DNA of 60,540 nt, the filler included, from Nemertoderma westbladi (Eukaryota; Animalia; Xenacoelomorpha), in the NCBI GenBank assembly GCA_032718475.1. It is 3 parts of 3 records of this genome, joined end to end, with 100 filler letters (N's around TTAATTAATTAA, not from the genome) between each part and the next. Parts side by side here need not be neighbours in the genome. Positions count along the whole stretch, not along the records: positions 1 to 18,778 come from JAUCBJ010005311.1; 2 more parts are not named here. One strand, written 5' to 3'. The stretch's first letter is position 1; each line of letters starts with the position of its first letter. The notes beneath the pieces are model-generated. The model made no database searches, was not told the origin of the DNA, and was given only the letters and a program-made list of their open reading frames with translations. Below are positions 1 through 10,749 of this stretch, one piece after another. The position numbers and the translations under genes were made by a program.

Positions 1-1091
1 AATTTTTATTTTCGCTTTCATTTTTTAGCTACAAGCGTTTGAAAAAAGTGTCTCCGTCGATTCGATATTGCACCAGTTACACCGCAGTTATTCTTCAACC
101 TTATATTGATTTTTAGGTATTGATGGAAAGCTGACCATGTAAGGATTTGAAATATGTAAAAACATTTGAATTTCGTCGGAAATAGCTGAGATATGGGCAT
201 TCGAATGTTGCATGTATTCGCTTCCACAGCAGGCCAATAATTCTATTAAATAAATACACAATGTTCTAGAACATTTTGATTATGTATGAATATCCATATA
301 CTAGTATTATCATGTAGGCATTGCATTGTTGCCAAGCTACATATGAGATAAACAAAATGTTCTAGTACATTGTGTATATATTTAATAGAATAAATGGCCT
401 GCAGCGGAATCAAATACATGCAAAATTCGAATGCCCATATCTCAGCCACGAGGCTGAGAAGTAAAGCCACGAGGATCAGAACACTGTAAAGTACTTTGCA
501 ACAAGTATCTATGTAGTTTTATTTGCAACAAGTATGTATGTAGTTTTATTTGCAACACGTATGTATGTCGTTTTATTTCAAAATTGTAACATTACGAAAT
601 GATTGTATATATATTATACAGTAAGTGATAGAAACTGCACAAATTATATTAGTTGATGTATAAATAAATGTAAAAATGACACAAATTAGGTTATAAATAA
701 GTTACGTCTTATATTTATGGTGGCGTGTGGAGCCATGTTATAATAATATAGCTAGGCCCTACTGGTTATTAATAGCTATACCCCGCCTACCGGTAGGTAT
801 TGCAGTAGGCCTATCTGGCTGTCAGGCAAATTTCCACCTATTGTTTACGTGGTAGCCATTGACGCCGTAACTTTACAGCTCGCCGTTATTGGTACTACAT
901 AAACATGGGACATTACAACACCCACTACAATACTAATTGTTCAGGCCAATAATGCTGTAATGTCCTTTAATATAAGGTTGTAAAGTGCTAAATAACAACT
1001 CGCTGTTAATACTAACGGCGTTGAGTATTGTTACAATTTTGGAATAAAATATTTTTACATATTTGGAATCCTTGCACGGTCAGCTTTCCAA
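1..1091. mobile_element. Long-inverted-repeat (foldback/MITE-like) non-autonomous element, right arm interrupted by a ~600-bp insert
   Basis: 186-278 (gctgagatatgggcattcgaa...gttctagaacattttg) is an imperfect inverted repeat of 353-446. The arm resumes at ~1048-1091 (tttacatatttggaatccttgcacggtcagctttcca), which mirrors 125-165. A second, uninterrupted copy lies at ~42645-43150. Confidence 0.7.
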
Positions 1092-1654
1092 TAATGGCCT
1101 GATAACTTTATAGAAGTAAAAGTGTCTGAGTCTGTACTCCCAGATATTCCCATTGGTGATATCTCCTTTGCACCGAACAACAAGAGTCCCACAAGAAATG
1201 AAAACAAATAAGTTGGTGCCAGTTCCCAAGAAGGGCAACCTAACACTCTATGGTTCTTTTCGGGAATCTCATTGATCTCGATTGCTGCAAAGCTATACAA
1301 TAGAATTCTATTAAATCGCATCAGGGATCCCATTGAGAGACTGCTCCGTGGAAATCAGAATGGGTTCCGTAAAGGTCGTGGTACCGTGGAGCCAATTTTG
1401 GCACTTAGAAGGATAATTGAAGAGTTATCAAAAAAGAAATACAGGCATCTGGCTGTTATCTTTGTTGACTTCTTCAAGGCCTTTGATTCAGTCTCTCGCT
1501 CACGTATGTTCAGCATACTTTCATTATATGGGATTCCTGATGAAATTATTGCAGCAATCAGATCAGTATACGATGGTTCGATAACATTTGTGTCTACTGT
1601 TGACGGTGACACAGAACCATTTGAAGTGTTATGGGGCGTCCTCCAGGGAGACAC
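1092..1654 (+). mobile_element. Non-LTR retrotransposon (RTE/Proto2-like) reverse transcriptase fragment, 5' part of a split copy
   Basis: RT motifs KLYNRILLNRI, QNGFRKGR, FVDFFKAFDSV and GVLQGDT. The sequence breaks at GDT and resumes at ~7570 (LAPFLF). Confidence 0.9.
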
Positions 1655-2197
1655 GTTCGTGGGGCCTTCGCGCAGCACGAGGCCCAGTTATGAGATACAA
1701 ATTAAAATTGTGCGACTGTATCACAAAATCAGGTTATGAGATATTAACCCACACCACCAATTAATCAAAGAAAGGGGGACAGTACGTGTTCACCCCTTTT
1801 AATCTGCACACCCCCCCCCCTCCCCCCACCCACCAATACATAACGGCGACATCTACCACCCACGGAAGGGTAGCACGAACTTATTTCCAATCGCACGTTA
1901 AATATGCAAAGCCAGGTGGTTTATAGGAATATAATAAACGCAGTACTCGTTTTCATTATAAGCCTCTTTGCGTTCGTCCTGTTTTGTATTTAAATATATT
2001 TCTTAAACGCAGGCTAGGACGATCTTTATAATAATAATAACTAGGGATGCGATCAATATGTGAAGCCAGGTGGTTTATATAACAATTTAGTCAACGCAGT
2101 ACTCGTCTTCATTATATGCCTCGTTGCGCTCGTCGCTTGTCCTGTTTTGTCATAAAATATTTTTCCTAAACGCAGACTGACGATCTTTATACAGTTA

Positions 2198-4332
2198 CTA
2201 GAAAGCCAGTGGCCCTTCGGGCCACGGCTTTCTAGTTCACAAGCCTATTCACCATTCCAAACATTAATTAATTAATTAACTTAACAAAACTTCATATGAT
2301 TGAGAGTGTTCTCTCAAACAAAAGGACTGATGCTGTTTTACTTTTCAGATATCTACCTCTGACAATTATCAGCGTAAAAGCATTTTTAATAAATAAATGT
2401 GAGAATGTTTTTACTTTTCAGATTCAGATTTTTCGCACCCTAGCAGTAGACTGGAAATCCACAGACTGGTTAGCGTCCTCCCCATACAAACGGCCTATGG
2501 TCAAGCATGCCTTTCCCAAGTATAAGCAAAAAAGCATTAGAAACAACGAAATGGGAGAAGGATTTCACTTGAGACATTTCACCCTCTAGCGGCAGACTGA
2601 GAAATTGCAGATTGGTCAGAGTTTTCCACAAACACGCAGTCTATGGTGTAGTAGACCTCTGACAAGTATCAGCCTAAAAGCATTAGAAACAACGAAACGG
2701 GATAAGGTTTTCACTTTCAGACACTTCGCCCCCTAGCGGCCGAATGGAGAACTGCAGTTTGTTAGGCGTCTTACCTAGACACACACCCTATGGTGTACTA
2801 CACATCTGGCAAGTGTCAGCCTGAAATCATATTAATAACGAAATGGGATAAGGTTTTCACTTTCAGACATTTGGCCCCCAAGCGGTAGACTGGATAAATG
2901 CAGACTGGTTCTAGCTCCTCCCCAAACACACAGTCTATGGTGTAGTAGACCTCTGCCAAGTATCAGCAAAAAGGCATTATAAACAATGAAATGCATAAAG
3001 GTTTTCACTTTCAGACATTGCGCCCCCTAGCGGCAGACAGAGCTATTGCAGATTGGTCTTAGTTCTCCACAAACACGCAGTCTTTGATGTAGTAGACCTC
3101 TGACAAGTATCAACCTAAAAACATTATAAACATCAAAATGGGATAAGGTTTTCACGTTCAGACATTTCGCCCCCTAGCGGCCGAATAGAGAACTGCAGGT
3201 TGTTCGGCGTCCTCTCCAGACACACACCCTATGGTGTAATACACATCTGCCAAGTGTCAGCCTAAAAGCATTATTAATAACGAAATGGGATAAGGTTTTC
3301 ACTTTCAGACATTTGGCCCGCTAGCGGTAGACTGGAGAATTGCAGACTGGTTCTAGCTCCTCCCCAAACACGCAGTCTTGGTGTAGTAGACCTCTGCCAA
3401 GTATCAGCAAAAAAGCAGTATAAACAACGAAATGGGTGAAGGTTTTCACTTTCAGACATTGCGCCCCCTACCGGCAGACAGAGGAATTTTAGATTATTCA
3501 GAGTTCTCTACAAACACGCAGTCTATGGTGTAGTCGACTTCTGCCAAGTATCAGCAAAAAAGCATTATAAACAACGAAATGCGATAAGGTTTTCACTTTC
3601 AGATATTTCTCCCCCTAGCGGCAGACTGGGGAATTGCAGATTGGTCAGCATCCTCCGAAAACACACAGCCTATAGTGTAGTAGACCTCTGCCACGTATCA
3701 GTTTAAAGGCATTAATAATAACGAAATGGGAGCAGGTTTTCAGTTTCCCACATTTCGCCCCCTAGCGGCAGACTGGAGAACTGCAGATTGATCAGTGTCT
3801 TCCCAAATACACAGTCTATGGTCAAGAACGTATCTGCAAAGTATCATTTAGAACAGATTGAGTCTGTTGGTGCAACCGCTGTTATAGTGTTTCCTGCTGG
3901 TTGACAAATTTGGCTGAAAATGGTTATGGAATAATAGCCCAATTTGACCACAAATACGCATTCACACATAAATGATGCATAAAATTCGCCTCGATATAAC
4001 GACGTTTCGCGTCCATGTGCTCGGGACAGTCTGCATCACGTAGATGCGCATCAAAAAGTAGCATAATAGTCGAGACCCAACATGTAGAGTGACAGAATGA
4101 ACTGCTAGGCCTACTGCGCTACCGGTACCAAATTCACGAAATCTGCATTCACGCAAACAAACGCGTAAAATAAGACTCGAGATAGCGACAGTGCACGTGC
4201 TCGTGACGAGAGCTTTCGTTCGATGTATCGCGAGCTCAGATTGGTGCTTGTGTGTAGAAACGTATAGCTTGGACAGACAAACAAACAAACAGACAGACAG
4301 ACAGACAGACACATGATATTTATATATATAGA
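2198..4332 (-). mobile_element. Non-autonomous Helitron, copy 1 of a head-to-tail dimer
   Basis: The minus strand starts TCTATATATATAAA, has a (GTCT)n microsatellite and internal ~147-bp tandem repeats, and ends in the hairpin actagaaagccgtggcccgaagggccactggctttCTAG. Confidence 0.85.
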
Positions 4333-6429
4333 CTAGAAAGCCAGTGGCCCTTCGGGCCACGGCTTTCTAGTTCACAAGCCTATTCACCATTCCAAACATT
4401 AATTAATTAATTAACTTAACAAAACTTCATATGATTGAGAGTGTTCTCTCAAACAAAAGGACTGATGCTGTTTTACTTTTCAGATATCTACACTGTTCAA
4501 CGTCCTTCACATAGATGCAGCCTTATGATGTAGTACAGTAGACCTCTGAATCTGCGTAAAAGATTTTTAATAAATAAATGTGAGAATGTTTTTACTTTTC
4601 AGATTCAGATTTTTCGCACCCTAGCAGTAGACTGGAAATCCACAGACTGGTTAGCGTCCTCCCCATACAAACAGCCTATGGTCAAGCATGCCTTTCCCAA
4701 GTATAAGCAAAAAAGCATTAGAAACAACGAAATGGGAGAAGGATTTCACTTGAGACATTTCACCCTCTAGCGGCAGACTGAGAAATTGCAGATTGGTCAG
4801 AGTTTTCCACAAACACGCAGTCTATGGTGTAGTAGACCTCTGACAAGTATCAGCCTAAAAGCATTAGAAACAACGAAACGGGATAAGGCTTTCACTTTCA
4901 GACACTTCGCCCCCTAGCGGCCGAATGGAGAACTGCAGTTTGTTAGACGTCTTACCTAGACACACACCCTATGGTGTACTACACATCTGGCAAGTGTCAG
5001 CCTGAAATCATATTAATAACGAAATGGGATAAGGTTTTCACTTTCAGACATTTGGCCCCAAGCGGTAGACTGGATAAATGCAGACTGGTTCTAGCTCCTC
5101 CCCAAACACACAGTCTATGGTGTAGTAGACCTCTGCCAAGTATCAGTAAAAAAGCATTATAAACAATGAAATGCATAAAGGTTTTCACTTTCAGACATTG
5201 CGCCCCCTAGCGGCAGACAGAGCTATTGCAGATTGGTCTTAGTTCTCCACAAACACGCAGTCTTTGATGTAGTAGACCTCTGACAAGTATCAGCCTAAAA
5301 ACATTATAAACATCAAAATGGGATAAGGTTTTCACGTTCAGACATTTCGCCCCCTAGCGGCCGAATAGAGAACTGCAGGTTGTTCGGCGTCCTCTCCAGA
5401 CACACACCCTATGGTGTAATACACATCTGCCAAGTGTCAGCCTAAAAGCATTATTAATAACGAAATGGGATAAGGTTTTCACTTTCAGACATTTGGTTCT
5501 AGCTCCTCCCCAAACACGCAGTCTTGGTGTAGTAGACCTCTGCCAACTATCAGCAAAAAAGCAGTATAAACAACGAAATGGGTGAAGGTTTTCACTTTCA
5601 GACATTGCGCCCCCTACCGGCAGACAGAGGAATTTTAGATTATTCAGAGTTCTCTACAAACACGCAGTCTATGGTGTAGTCGACTTCTGCCAAGTATCAG
5701 CAAAAAAGCATTATAAACAACGAAATGCGATAAGGTTTTCACTTTCAGATATTTCTCCCCCTAGCGGCAGACTGGGGAATTGCAGATTGGTCAGCATCCT
5801 CCGAAAACACACAGCCTATAGTGTAGTAGACCTCTGCCACGTATCAGTTTAAAGGCATTAATAATAACGAAATGGGAGCGGTTTTCAGTTTCCCACATTT
5901 CGCCCCCTAGCGGCAGACTGGAGAACTGCAGATTGATCAGTGTCTTCCCAAACACACAGTCTATGGTCAAGAACGTATCTGCAAAGTATCATTTAGAACA
6001 GATTGAGTCTGTTGGTGCAACCGCTGTTATAGAGTTTCCTGCTGGTTGACAAATTTGGCTGAAAATGGTTATGGAATAATAGCCCAATTTGACCACAAAT
6101 ACGCATTCACACATAAATGATGCATAAAATTCGCCTCGATATAACGACGTTTCGCGTCCATGTGCTCGGGGCAGTCTGCATCACGTAGATGCGCATCAAA
6201 AAGTAGCATAATAGTCGAGACCCAACATGTAGAGTGACAGAATGAACTGCTAGGCCTACTGCGCTACCGGTACCAAATTCACGAAATCTGCATTCACGCA
6301 AACAAACGCGTAAAATAAGACTCGAGATAGCGACAGTGCACGTGCTCGTGACGAGAGCTTTCGTTCGATGTATCGCGAGCTCAGATTGGTGCTTGTGTGT
6401 AGAAACGTATAGCTTGGACAGACAAACAA

Positions 6430-6460
<31 letters not shown>

Positions 6461-6481
6461 CATGATATTTATATATATAGA
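4333..6481 (-). mobile_element. Non-autonomous Helitron, copy 2 of a head-to-tail dimer
   Basis: Near-identical to 2198-4332 with private indels. The dimer is flanked by A(2197) and T(6482) with no target duplication. Confidence 0.85.
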
Positions 6482-7569
6482 TAACTATGCGAAGTTTCGA
6501 AACTGTGCGAGTAACTGTTGATACATCTATGTGGAGATGTGTGATATGTGGAGATGTGTGATACAACGCCAACGCATCTTATGCCGATGTAGTAATATGG
6601 GTATTGAAATAATATTAAATCAATGTACACTCTTAAAGCTGCAGCGAAAAAATGTAGCTAATTTCCTAGGTTACATATAAAATAATAATATTATTTTTAA
6701 GAACATTAATTTTACTACTTTGCAAAAATTCAATTAAAAAATAACCAGACATATACATTGTGGAATAAACTATTTCAGAAGCCTACACAACAGCCATGCC
6801 ATGGATTGTATTTATGTTATTATATCTGTCATTTACCTGAGATAGCAATACAACACTTATAGTAGAGTCAATACAGGAAGGATGTTGGGATGTTGGATTT
6901 CAAGAATGATGTCTGGGCTGGAATAGCAATACTGGTTGCCTATTACAGTACAATTCCTCTCTAGTTAGTCTACAGCCACAACTCCAAGCCAGCTAGCTCC
7001 ACACCAGCAGAGACTTGACCAATAATCATTCCCAGCAAATAGCTGCCTTACACACACATCCTTCCATTGTACCAGCATGTTAGCCAATAAATGAGCAGTA
7101 TTTAATGAGAATCAATTTTTTATGACGTTTTAATTACTTTAGATCAATTAAAGACACAATTAATAAAGCAAATCACTTGAACTAATTAAAAACTATAATA
7201 GAATGGCGTATGTGGATTACATCTGTATAATTTTTAAGTATAATTATTTAAATCTTATACTGTAAAACAATTAATTTCCTTTAAAAGGCAGGTTGAAAAT
7301 GGTGTTTTTACCGTAATCAACTTAATTAACTAATTAACTGATATTATCTTAGCTTCTCGAAGGCCACACGGAAATTCTACTTGGAAAATTTCTAAACTTT
7401 TGCCAAACAACATGTGTACCAAGTTTGGATAGATTTCATCAAAGATTGGCTGAGTTATTAACGTTTAAAATTGGACGCGACAGAACGACAGAACGACAGA
7501 ACGACAGAACGACAGGTTGATTAATGGTACCACTACGCTAAGGCTCACTCACTTCGTGGCTCGCCCCAC

Positions 7570-8104
7570 ACACTTGCACCATTCTTGTTCATAATTGTTG
7601 TTGACTATGTTCTACGCATGTCCTTAGATCATCATAATGATGATGGGGCGATGATAACTCCACCTACTGGCTCCAGAAGTCGAGGAAATCCTGCCAAGTA
7701 CCTAACTGATCTAGACTTTGCTGATGACTTAGGAGTACTCTCAGAATCACTAGAGGGAGCCCAACGGCTCCTCAGCTCATTAGACCTGCTTCTAGTGCGC
7801 TAGATGCTGCTTCTAGTGTTGGTCTTTTTATTAAATCCAGAAAGACCAAAATTTTGACAGTTAACTTTGAAAGTCCTCAGCAAGTCTCTGATCGGCTGAG
7901 CAGAAGCTCAAAAGATGGTATGCTTGAGCATGTGGATGACTTCTGTTACCTGGGATCATGGATCCGGAAGTCAGGTGAGGACCTTCGAATACGTAAGGGA
8001 AAGGCATGGGCAGCCTTGAATAGGCTTTCCAGGATTTGAAAGTCACCGAGAATTAATCGGAAACTTAAGGTCCGATTATTTAGAGCAGCAGTAGTTCCAG
8101 TACT
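7570..8104 (+). mobile_element. RTE/Proto2-like LINE RT fragment, continuation of 1092-1654
   Basis: LAPFLFIIVVDYVLR, LTDLDFADDL, VDDFCYLGSWI and KAWAALNRLSRI, with frameshifts and stops. Confidence 0.9.
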
Positions 8105-8504
8105 AAGTTTAAGTTTAAGTTTTATCTCTTTTATTCATTAAAACTCATAGTTATGATAAATAACACATGAGGCAGTCTACATTAAGAGTAGACTGATAAT
8201 CAAAACGAATAAGCGTCGTAGGGCCAAGGTGTTGCTTCGCAGCACCTTGACCCACCCACCCAACCAACATGGACCAACCAACCACCCAACATGGACTCCT
8301 CTATGGGAGTCCATGCTGGGCTCTAACTGCTGAGGACACCAAATCTCTGGATTTATATATAGGAAGGGATCTAGGGGTCTTTACCTCGAATGATAAGTTT
8401 ATTTTACCGAAAATAACTTATCTTTTATTGGCGCAATTGTAGGACTAATCCCATCACATGGGTACTTTTTAACCGGGTAGTGTACAAATTTAGCAAGAAG
8501 ATTT

Positions 8505-9255
8505 AACAACAAGAGTCCCACAAGAAATGAAAACAAATAAGTTGGTGCCAGTTCCCAAGAAGGGCAACCTAACACTCTATGGTTCTTTTCGGGGAATCTC
8601 ATTGATCTCGATTGCTGCAAAGCTATACAATAGAATTCTATTAAATCGCATCAGGGATCCCATTGAGAGACTGCTCCGTGGAAATCAGAATGGGTTCCGT
8701 AAAGGTCGTGGGACCATGGAGCCCATTTTGGCACTTAGAAGGATAATTGAAGAGTTATCAAAAAAGAAAGACAGGCATCTGGCTGTTATCTTTGTTGACT
8801 TCTTCAAGGCCTTTGATTCAGTCTCACTTCTGGGCTCTAACTGCTGATGACACCAAATCTCTGGATGGCACATTCACAAGAATGCTACGCCGGGTTAATT
8901 GTGTCAAATACAATGCACACATCTCCAACCAGACACTATATAACATTGGAGGTGTCTCATTGGTTCCCCCAAGCTTGACACTAGAACAAAGTCGCATCCG
9001 CTTTGCAGGACATTGCTTTCGCCGTAAAAACCAGCCAGTGCATAATCTTGTGCTTTGGCAGCCTCATCGAGTGAATAAGCATGGTGGACAGCCCATGACT
9101 TTCTTGAGACGCATCTTTAAAGGACACTGGCCTTGAAGATGCGGATGATCTAGCAAATGTCATGGGTGATAGGGAGTTGTGGCGGTGCAATTTTGTTGAC
9201 AAGCCGGCACAGCATTCTTAAAAATGCAGCTGCAATGCAGCATGCCGATCCTAGT
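8505..9255 (+). mobile_element. Internally deleted copy of the same RTE/Proto2-like LINE, including its 3' end
   Basis: 8505-8826 nearly matches 1176-1495 and is fused directly to the C-terminal part (RFAGHCFR...LVLWQP) and the 3' UTR gcagctgcaatgcagcatgccgatcctagta. Confidence 0.88.
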
Positions 9256-9259
9256 ATGC

Positions 9260-9512
9260 AACGATTATACACCTCCGAATGAACAATCACCGCTCTAATA
9301 TACGTAACCCCCCATGGTATCACACACACGTTGATGAAGTTGTAACACTACACGATGCACTCTTACTTAAGCACTTCGATACTTGTACACTTGATAATTT
9401 CAGCGTCACTGCCACTTTACACTGCAGAGATGACACATTCCGTCTTGCTTATGAAATCTGGTATATTAACACTTTACGTCCCCCACTAAATAAAGTTCTA
9501 CCGCCAATATAA
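9260..9512 (+). mobile_element. Penelope-like element GIY-YIG endonuclease C-terminal relic
   Basis: LRMNNHRSNI...LKHF...RLAYEIWYINTLRPPLN resembles the R-x2-(E/N)H and E-x3-I-x2-L-x-P-x-LN motifs of Penelope GIY-YIG domains. Confidence 0.55.
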
Positions 9513-9850
9513 TTCCTGAACTAAACTGGCACTAAAGGTACTGAACTAAATGATATGACGTTCATTATGTATCCTAAACTATGTGCGCCACTATCTGAAT
9601 AACTTATTTGGATAACGTTTGAGCATTTATTTAATTATTTAAATGTTCATGTAATTATTTTTATTATGTGGTTGTCTACGGAGAAGCGAGACCACGAGTC
9701 TAACAGAATAACTTATCAAATATACTTACTTACTTACAAGACCTACTAAACATACACTACTGTGTAGATTAGAACATTAAGGACGTCGTGCCTACCAAAA
9801 GCGTCGTGCGCTTATTATAGTGATTACCTTTTTATTAATATTTATTTTAG

Positions 9851-9892
9851 GGTCTGCTCAGGTAGTTCCCGTTTTTTCGCCGACACCAGAAG
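9851..9892 (+). CDS. ROS1/Sevenless-like RTK, probable short extracellular juxtamembrane exon
   Basis: ttttag acceptor, AG|gtgagt donor, 42 nt, phase 1-1, open (SAQVVPVFSPTPE) and in phase with the TM exon. Confidence 0.55.
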
Positions 9893-10325
9893 GTGAGTAT
9901 TTCTATATCACATCGAAATAGTATCAAATTAAATAAGCCTAAATATTTCCCTTAATTGCTATCAGACGCAGATGAACGTCTTTGCATTCGAAGATGTGCT
10001 TATAGCTGCTACTAAATATTAAAAAAACATCGCCTTAATGAAACACAATGTGAAGAAATTCCGGTGTCTGACTACGGGGCCGAGTAGATAGACCATGTAC
10101 GAAGGCAAACTCTGTATTTTATATCTGCACAGCATTAAATACCTGCAATAATTATTGTTGGTCGTTGGTACCGGATTAAATCATCTTATCTACTAAATAA
10201 GTTCCATCTACTATATTTTTCGAACGAAATATGATCCTATCGTTAACCTTTTATTAATAGTTTTATTGATAACTTTTAATGACATTTAATTTACAACCTT
10301 TTTATGATGATATTTATTCGCGTAG

Positions 10326-10421
10326 GAGGAAACACATCATCGTACTTCCGGAACGTTATCATAGTTATTGGGGCGTTGGGAGGAACCTTTGTCATTGTTA
10401 TACTCGCTGTTCTTATTCCAT
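10326..10421 (+). CDS. ROS1: ROS1/Sevenless-like RTK, transmembrane exon
   Basis: Hydrophobic VIIVIGALGGTFVIVILAVLIP; tag acceptor and gtaagt donor; phase 1-1. Confidence 0.8.
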
Positions 10422-10619
10422 GTAAGTTTCTCACTCTTTCTAGGTTCCTAATTCAATTCTATGTAAGTTTCTCATTCTATGTACGGTTAAGTTCAAAACA
10501 ACTTTCTCATTCTGTCAAAGTTGTAAAAGAGTGTCTCGTCAAAATGGCCCTATCTACGCAACATATAACTAAATGCAGTATGAATGGATAATTTCTACAT
10601 GTTAACATTTATATTTCAG

Positions 10620-10749
10620 ATTATAAGAAGAAAAAGTTATCCTTGATTTACAATGCGAACAATGGTTCTCGTTCTGGAATCGAAATGTCCCACATTGGTG
10701 AACTTCCTAACTCGAGTACCATAGAAAGCAATATGATTTACTGTTCAGA
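10620..10749 (+). CDS. ROS1: ROS1/Sevenless-like RTK, cytoplasmic juxtamembrane exon
   Basis: tttcag acceptor; YYKKKK stop-transfer then IEMSHIGELPNSSTIESNMIYCS. The phase-2 donor GA|gtgagt matches the phase of the exon at 17153. Confidence 0.8.

Larger units (their letters stand above)
1651..7569. mobile_element. Non-autonomous element (DINE/Helentron-like, class uncertain) inserted into the LINE RT and hosting the Helitron dimer
   Basis: Begins acacgttcgtggggccttcgcgcagcacgaggccc (hairpin) and ends after a (gacagaac)n microsatellite with ctcgccccac. Removing it restores ggagacacacttgc as in the LINE copy at 40450-40480. Both termini recur in reverse at 50281 and 51338. Confidence 0.7.

Noticed and set aside
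2296-6572. ORFs inside the Helitron copies
   Set aside because: They derive from internal repeats and the (GTCT)n microsatellite; there are no Rep or helicase motifs.
1-9850. ROS1-like gene naturally lacking an ectodomain
   Set aside because: Upstream sequence is TE-filled and may be one large intron, so ectodomain exons could lie outside the window.
10304-10591. 95-aa single-exon membrane protein
   Set aside because: It is the RTK TM exon plus intron read-through; splice sites bound 10326-10421.
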